IMG/VR virus record: IMGVR_UViG_3300003324_000465
Location: 32,001-96,000 of that record
Reading direction: 5' to 3' (one strand)
Length of the DNA stretch: 64,000 nt
From: a virus
In this document: in pieces, positions 59,032 to 64,000 of the stretch
Position numbering within the stretch: position 1 is the stretch's first letter
Layout: every line of letters begins with the position of its first letter
Notes under the pieces: model-generated
The model's database searches: none
What the model was told of the DNA's origin: nothing
What the model saw: only the letters and a program-made list of their open reading frames with translations
Made by a program: the position numbers and the translations under genes

Positions 59032-60588
59032 ATGAGAAAAAATTTAACACAGGGATCAAAGAAAACAGTCAGTACAAAGCCGGTGGCACCAGTAGCCATG
59101 GGAGTAGCTCATAATCCTAATTATCGGTCAACACCAGTATCTTCATTTGAAGGCAATACTAACTATAAGCTTGATCCAATTGCAACATTGAAACTGGTAA
59201 CTGCAAGTTCATTTTTTGGTGAGCCTTCTTTTTATGAAGGAAATACACGTACAGCGTTATTTGAACAGACAATTGACGCGGCCCTTGATTATGATTTTTA
59301 TGCGACACTTGATTGGGCTGGTGTATTACGTAATGCGTATTATATGCGCCTTAATCCTCAAATCATCATGACAAGAGCAGCAGTGCATCCAAAGCGTGGT
59401 GAGTTTACAAAACAATATCCCGGCGCATTTAATACATTTATGGAAATTGTTGCGAAAAGACCGGATGATCTTACTGCACAGGTAGAATATTACTTGTCAA
59501 AGTTTGAAGATCGTAAGGTTCATGGGGTTAAAGCCTCTCGTATGCCTGGAATTATGAAGCGTTCAATAGCACACCGTCTTGAGCAATTTAATCGTTATCA
59601 AATGGCGAAATATGCTAATCGTGGTATCGGTTTAATTGATATAGTTCGTTTAACACATGCTCATGGAGCATTAATTAACGAACTTATGAAAACTGGCGGA
59701 ATTAGTATCGATGAGGAAGACCAAACATGGCGTACTATGCGTAGCGCTGGTAAGTCATGGACAGAGATTATTAATTCAGGCATCACACTAACACACCAAG
59801 ATATACTTTTTCAAATGCGTTCTATTTTTGATTCTGTTAAGGGTGATACTGCTCAATATATTGCGGGCAAATTTCTTAATGGGGTCAAGAATGGTAAAAT
59901 GTTCCCATATCAGTATTATATTGCTTTTCAGCAATTGAGTGAGGATACATTCAGTAATAAGATACTAGCGTTAGATACACTTCAAGAAGCCCTTGATATG
60001 TCTATTCGAGAACAGCCAAAATTAGGCGGAAGTGTTGCGGTTGTGGCAGATAATAGCGGATCTATGAATAATCCACTTAAAGTAGACGGTCATCAAGTTA
60101 CAGCAGCGGAAGTAGCTAATTTATCTGCAATTATGACAGCCTACAATGCTACTGATGGAGATGTATTCTCGTTTGGTACCACGTTAGCAAAGTTATCATA
60201 TAGCAAGCGTGATGGTATAATGACAAATGCAAAACGGCTTGCTGATTTATCTACTGGATGGGGCACAAATATGGGATTGTTCTGGCAATACGCTATACAA
60301 CATAAAAAGAGTTATGATACCGTATTTGTATATAGTGATATGCAAGCTCTACCTGTTTCTGGATACGGTTATAACAACGAAGTAAGAAACATGTATGACA
60401 TTGTGAACGAATATCGCCGCAAGCTAAATCCAAAGGTAAATGTTTTCTACGTGCAAGTAGCAGGCTATGATAATAGTGTACAACCAGATAATACATATCG
60501 TGCAACTAACCTGTCTGGATGGACAGGTAAAGAGGTTATGTATGCTGCTGCTGTAAATGCTGTGTGGGATGAAGTAGATAGTAAATAA
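59032..60588 (+). CDS. Ro60/TROVE-domain RNA-binding protein with C-terminal vWA domain
   Basis: SSFFGEPSFY, R...YMRLNP, RPDD, YQMAKY, DIVRLTH, MFPYQY; vWA MIDAS DNSGSM, GT, VYSDMQ. Confidence 0.92.
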   Translation: MRKNLTQGSKKTVSTKPVAPVAMGVAHNPNYRSTPVSSFEGNTNYKLDPIATLKLVTASSFFGEPSFYEGNTRTALFEQTIDAALDYDFYATLDWAGVLRNAYYMRLNPQIIMTRAAVHPKRGEFTKQYPGAFNTFMEIVAKRPDDLTAQVEYYLSKFEDRKVHGVKASRMPGIMKRSIAHRLEQFNRYQMAKYANRGIGLIDIVRLTHAHGALINELMKTGGISIDEEDQTWRTMRSAGKSWTEIINSGITLTHQDILFQMRSIFDSVKGDTAQYIAGKFLNGVKNGKMFPYQYYIAFQQLSEDTFSNKILALDTLQEALDMSIREQPKLGGSVAVVADNSGSMNNPLKVDGHQVTAAEVANLSAIMTAYNATDGDVFSFGTTLAKLSYSKRDGIMTNAKRLADLSTGWGTNMGLFWQYAIQHKKSYDTVFVYSDMQALPVSGYGYNNEVRNMYDIVNEYRRKLNPKVNVFYVQVAGYDNSVQPDNTYRATNLSGWTGKEVMYAAAVNAVWDEVDSK

Positions 60589-60631
60589 AGGATAAAGGCG
60601 CGCAGAGATAATATCAAAGCGCGTTTTATAA

Positions 60632-60706
60632 TGCAGAATCAGCTAATAGGTAGGTTGGTACTCTCTGAAAGTGCCTGTACAGGTTCGAGTCCTGTTTCTG
60701 TAACCA
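60632..60706 (+). tRNA. tRNA-Gln (CTG)
   Basis: Cloverleaf, CTCTGAA loop, U1-A72, CCA. Confidence 0.85.
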
Positions 60707-60717
60707 AAGGAATTTTT

Positions 60718-60957
60718 ATGAAACATTATATTTTGTTGTTACATACTTCTATACCTAGATATTTTGCGGGCGAGTTTATTTATAGTGATTTAGTAGATGG
60801 TACAACATTTGTAGAAATAGAATGGACAAAACAAATGTCCATGGCTACACCTATGACATATGAGGAAGTCAATCAATTAAAAACATGGTGTGATCAGTAT
60901 CGAAGCGAGTTTACACAAATACTAGATACATCTCTGGAAATTATAATGCAGCCGTAG
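60718..60957 (+). CDS. Hypothetical protein
   Basis: Start MKHYILL after AAGGA RBS; the track start overlaps tRNA-Gln. Confidence 0.6.
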   Translation: MKHYILLLHTSIPRYFAGEFIYSDLVDGTTFVEIEWTKQMSMATPMTYEEVNQLKTWCDQYRSEFTQILDTSLEIIMQP

Positions 60958-61050
60958 AATATCTCTATAACGTCACCAGCGCCTTCCTAAGAGGCGATAG
61001 GATCAAAGTGGTATCTTGGTATGGGTAGAATATCCTGAGCCTTCTGGTGA
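60953..61050 (-). repeat. ~100-bp dispersed intergenic element, copy F
   Basis: Reverse complement TCACCAGAAGG...TATCGCCTCTTAGGAAGGCGCTGGTGACGTTATAGAG aligns with copy C. Confidence 0.7.
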
Positions 61051-61078
61051 AAAATAATAGCAGAAATATTCATAAAAA

Positions 61079-61146
61079 TCTTAACTAAATCTTAACGAAA
61101 ATTGCCCAAATTGCCTATTGACTCCGGTCCATGGGCGTGGTAATAT
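61079..61146 (+). promoter_or_regulatory. sigma70-type promoter with TTAAC direct-repeat box
   Basis: CTTAAC-N5-CTTAAC-GAAAATTG; TTGACT-17 bp-TAATAT with extended -10 TG. Confidence 0.75.
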
Positions 61147-61202
61147 ACACACATAAGAAATGACGACGGCGGAACAAGCGATAACAGACAGGAGAAAACA
61201 AA

Positions 61203-61295
61203 ATGAAAACTATTGTTCGCACTCCGAAGGGTAGCGCTCGTGTTGGTCCTATGACCGCTAAGTATCTGAAGTATATCCAATACAGCGGCGCGTAG
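61203..61295 (+). CDS. 30-aa basic peptide MKTIVRTPKGSARVGPMTAKYLKYIQYSGA (not in ORF track)
   Basis: AGGAG RBS, first ORF after a strong promoter, tandem TAG TAA stops. Confidence 0.65.
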   Translation: MKTIVRTPKGSARVGPMTAKYLKYIQYSGA

Positions 61296-61333
61296 TAATC
61301 TACGCCGTATCTCTCACTAGTATGTTTTCCTAG

Positions 61334-61882
61334 TGCAGTATAGTGAGATGTATCTAAACTAGGACGCGGAATAAATGAATCGTAACAATTGCGAAACTGA
61401 TAGCTAATTGCTTAGGCAAGCGGTGACGCAGATAGGTGTTACGTGGAGTTGTTAACTACTAATCAATGAAGCTGTAGGCAACATGCGTTATGTGGAGATT
61501 AGAATAATAGCTAACAGCGAAAGAGCAACAAGAGTCGCAAGCTCCGTGCTGTGGATTTGCTGCACAGCGTTAACATGCAGAATGGGTACAATAGGTTATG
61601 AAATGTTTCTATTGTATGGCTCTGCAATAACATTTCCCGCGTTGTATTAAACTCGCTATTTGACGTACACGCGGTTATAATAATAGTGATGGTACTCTGC
61701 CCATTTAGAGCCTTACCTTTAAGCTGTAAGCGTAAGTAATCAGCAGAGAGACAGCTATTGACAAATGCTCATGTACGCTACTATAAAAATGGATGACACC
61801 ACAGTAAAATACAGAGTGTAGCTTAGAGTTTGTCAATATTGCGAGCAATTATTTGTAAAGTGTACGTTACTGTGTGCTGTAT
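61334..61882 (+). ncRNA. Candidate large (~550 nt) structured ncRNA
   Basis: No long ORF, apparently GC-richer than flanks, 5'/3' ends pair, many nested helices, GNRA loops and possible pseudoknots. Confidence 0.6.
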
Positions 61883-61902
61883 CTCTCAAAGGATGAATAT
61901 AT

Positions 61903-61979
61903 GCCCGTATAGCCAAACTGGATGAAGGCACATGTCTACGAAACATGTAATGTGGGTTCGAGTCCTGCTACGGGTGCCA
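61903..61979 (+). tRNA. tRNA-Arg (ACG)
   Basis: Cloverleaf, CTACGAA loop, GCCA. Confidence 0.92.
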
Positions 61980-62124
61980 ATTGATACAATACTATCATCA
62001 TATTTCTCTATGCGGCCAATAGAGCCAAAAAGATATTTATTATCTTTTCCATAAACCATAAAAAAATGAATAGGTTTCATCATGTCAGTGATTATTCTGA
62101 TTTATTAGAAGCATTAAATTTTGT

Positions 62125-62202
62125 GCCGTAATAGCAAAAGCTGGCTTTGCAGGGGCCTTTTAAGCCTTTTAAACGCGGGTTCGATTCCTGCTTACGGCAC
62201 CA
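62125..62202 (+). tRNA. tRNA-Lys (TTT)
   Basis: Cloverleaf, CTTTTAA loop, ACCA. Confidence 0.9.
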
Positions 62203-62312
62203 CTCATCCATGGAGTTTATCAATCATTTGTACATGGAGTAGTTATAAAAATAGTTGACTTCTATAATAATGCCCCGCAGATTATTATAGTCGTAATTAC
62301 TTAGCGGGATAT

Positions 62313-62388
62313 GCCAGATTAACCTTATGTGGTAAAGGTTCTGTTTGAAGCACAGAAATAACGTGTTCGAGTCACGTATCTGGCACCA
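62313..62388 (+). tRNA. tRNA-Phe (GAA)
   Basis: Cloverleaf, TCTGT-TTGAAGC-ACAGA, ACCA. Confidence 0.85.
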
Positions 62389-62523
62389 CGGAAGGCAATT
62401 ATTTGTTATATCAAAATATACTGTCTGATCAACGGTATATGGAGATATGGCGGTATCTGATCAATATAGCGCATAGTTCTAGCGTAATGCTAGAATATAT
62501 GGCAAATAAACCTTCAGTATTAT

Positions 62524-62599
62524 ACCAGTATAGCACAATTGGTAGTGTAGCAAGCTGTTAACTTGTATTGTCTAGGTTCGATTCCTAGTGCTGGTGCCA
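62524..62599 (+). tRNA. tRNA-Asn (GTT)
   Basis: Cloverleaf, CTGTTAA loop, GCCA. Confidence 0.92.
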
Positions 62600-62855
62600 A
62601 TAATAGTATTGTTGATACATTTGAAAGTATAGTGGGCGGCTGAATATAAAGGCTTATCGTGTGAAAATAACGATAGCAATACTATTTTTATATACTGGTA
62701 TACAAAATTGGTGATGTATATGTATAGTAAATTTATTCTACTGTTTCGGCGGAAGCATTACTTGTAACATGAATAAAGCCAGTATTTAATAACATAAATA
62801 ATAATATGCTATCATTGTCCAAATGGAGATAATTGCTTTATATATGCTCTAAAAA

Positions 62856-63188
62856 GTGTATTTGTGCAGTGTTGACACGTTGAATAATTCGCGGGCAATT
62901 TATAAAAAAAGGATGTATGTTATGAGATTGTATGATTTTATATTGTTACATGGAGATATTGAAGATTACATCGATTTTGGCTATAGCCTTAATAGTAATA
63001 GTAGTATAGAAGAGCGTGTAAATTATATTTTGGAACGATCTAAGTTTCAGAGTCTACTTAATACACTAGAATTATTAGCTTCGTTAAACACAACAAATGA
63101 AGTTGAACGTAGTTTATTGCTCGCGTCATATTCAAAGACAATTACATTAAAATCTATTTGCATAAAGTTTGGATGGACTCTGAAATAA
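62856..63188 (+). CDS. Hypothetical protein (start probably MRLYDF)
   Basis: AAGGA RBS before the internal Met. Confidence 0.55.
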   Translation: MYLCSVDTLNNSRAIYKKRMYVMRLYDFILLHGDIEDYIDFGYSLNSNSSIEERVNYILERSKFQSLLNTLELLASLNTTNEVERSLLLASYSKTITLKSICIKFGWTLK

Positions 63189-63217
63189 TAATCCGCGAAT
63201 TATGAGAGGATATTGCT

Positions 63218-63388
63218 ATGTTAGATAAAGCAATTAAACACGGTAAAGAAAAACGTAAACCATATCGTAAATCTAAGGCATTTGATAAGTCTTGTCGTAA
63301 TCATGGATATTGCCCATACTGCCGTAATAATAGACTTTTTAAGAATAAAATGCGCGCACTTATTACAAAAGATGATATAGAGGAATAA
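63218..63388 (+). CDS. Small basic Cys/His protein (56 aa, not in ORF track)
   Basis: MLDKAIKHGKEKRKPY...SCRNHGYCPYC; GAGGA RBS. Confidence 0.7.
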   Translation: MLDKAIKHGKEKRKPYRKSKAFDKSCRNHGYCPYCRNNRLFKNKMRALITKDDIEE

Positions 63389-63391
63389 ATT

Positions 63392-63577
63392 ATGGTGATG
63401 GAAACAATGCTTATACATTATGGAGTTAGAGGGACTATTAAACTGTTAATAGCTGCATGCTGGAAAAAACATGAACATTACAAACCCCTAGAATCAGTGT
63501 TTTCGATATGGGCTAAAATACTTGAAAAGCACTTAGACTTAATGTATGAAGAATATCAAGAAAAGTTTAATCTTTAA
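63392..63577 (+). CDS. Hypothetical protein, paralog 1
   Basis: Highly similar to 63625-63807. Confidence 0.7.
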   Translation: MVMETMLIHYGVRGTIKLLIAACWKKHEHYKPLESVFSIWAKILEKHLDLMYEEYQEKFNL

Positions 63578-63624
63578 ATAAAATATGTGTACTTATTACA
63601 AAAGATGATATAGGATAATAGATA

Positions 63625-63807
63625 ATGGAAAACATGCTTATACAACATGGAGTTAAAGGAGTTATTAGATTACTTATTATTGCTTGCTGGAAGCGACATG
63701 AACACTATGTGCCGCGTGAATCTGTCTTTTCTATATGGGCACGTGTATTAGAAAAATATATCGATCTTATAGAGCAAGAAGCTAAAGAAGGTATTAAGAA
63801 CTTATAA
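63625..63807 (+). CDS. Hypothetical protein, paralog 2
   Basis: Highly similar to 63392-63577. Confidence 0.7.
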   Translation: MENMLIQHGVKGVIRLLIIACWKRHEHYVPRESVFSIWARVLEKYIDLIEQEAKEGIKNL

Positions 63808-63808
63808 T

Positions 63809-63882
63809 GCTACCATCGTCTAAAGGTAAGACTCTTCTCTGATATAGAAGGTATTGCAGTTCAAATCTGTATGGTAGTACCA
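63809..63882 (+). tRNA. tRNA-Ile (GAT)
   Basis: Cloverleaf, CTGATAT loop, ACCA. Confidence 0.88.
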
Positions 63883-64000
63883 TGAGCGAGCTAGATATGT
63901 TGAAGTGGAGCATACTATAGTTTATGCATATTGACATGTGTGTAAACTTGATATATTTATATGTCAGCGTGAATATATTGCCCGCGAATTATATATGCGT

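Noticed and set aside
60631-60717. N-terminal part of track ORF 60631-60957
   Set aside because: It overlaps tRNA-Gln; the start with an RBS is at 60718.
61334-61882. RNase P RNA, tmRNA or group I intron identity for the large structured region
   Set aside because: No GAGGAAAGUCC motif, no tRNA-Ala-like ends or tag frame, and no flanking exons or the intron core seen in the two real introns.
62808-62850. Additional tRNA gene
   Set aside because: Only a degenerate 5' half resembling tRNA-Ile; no T arm or 3' acceptor strand.
49708-63418. Minus-strand ORFs in the right arm (e.g. 56752-56991, 58521-58703, 61886-62083)
   Set aside because: They lie antisense to tRNAs, Y modules or supported genes.

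Overview
64-kb slice of an AT-rich, tailed dsDNA bacteriophage (siphovirus-like tail module; host not determinable with confidence, though some proteins suggest Chloroflexota). Positions 1-48.6 kb are read on the minus strand: small early/accessory genes behind strong sigma70-type promoters; nucleotide metabolism (TrxB-like, NADAR, ThyX, nucleotidase, class II RNR, dUTPase); replication/recombination (PD-(D/E)XK nuclease, RecA, PolA, resolvase, DnaB, primase, SSB); a glycosyltransferase; and tail and capsid genes. From 48.9 kb the plus strand carries an intein-containing terminase, portal, lysis cassette and a 7.5-kb RNA-rich island. Two group I introns with homing endonucleases split the tape-measure gene (GIY-YIG) and the major tail gene (LAGLIDADG); the ORF track misses both spliced products. 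The RNA island is the most striking part. It holds about 11 tRNA genes and a Ro60/TROVE gene preceded by five Y-RNA-like modules that share one scaffold but carry different tRNA-derived cargo, one being a complete circularly permuted tRNA-Val. It also has a tRNA mimic with a GNRA tetraloop in place of the anticodon loop, a ~550-nt pseudoknot-rich candidate ncRNA and several small closed RNA modules. Genome-wide there is a strongly over-represented CGCGGGCAAT motif, a six-copy ~100-bp intergenic element and an 11-bp-spaced TTAAC direct-repeat box upstream of four promoters. Protein calls rest on recognised motifs and synteny; no searches were run.
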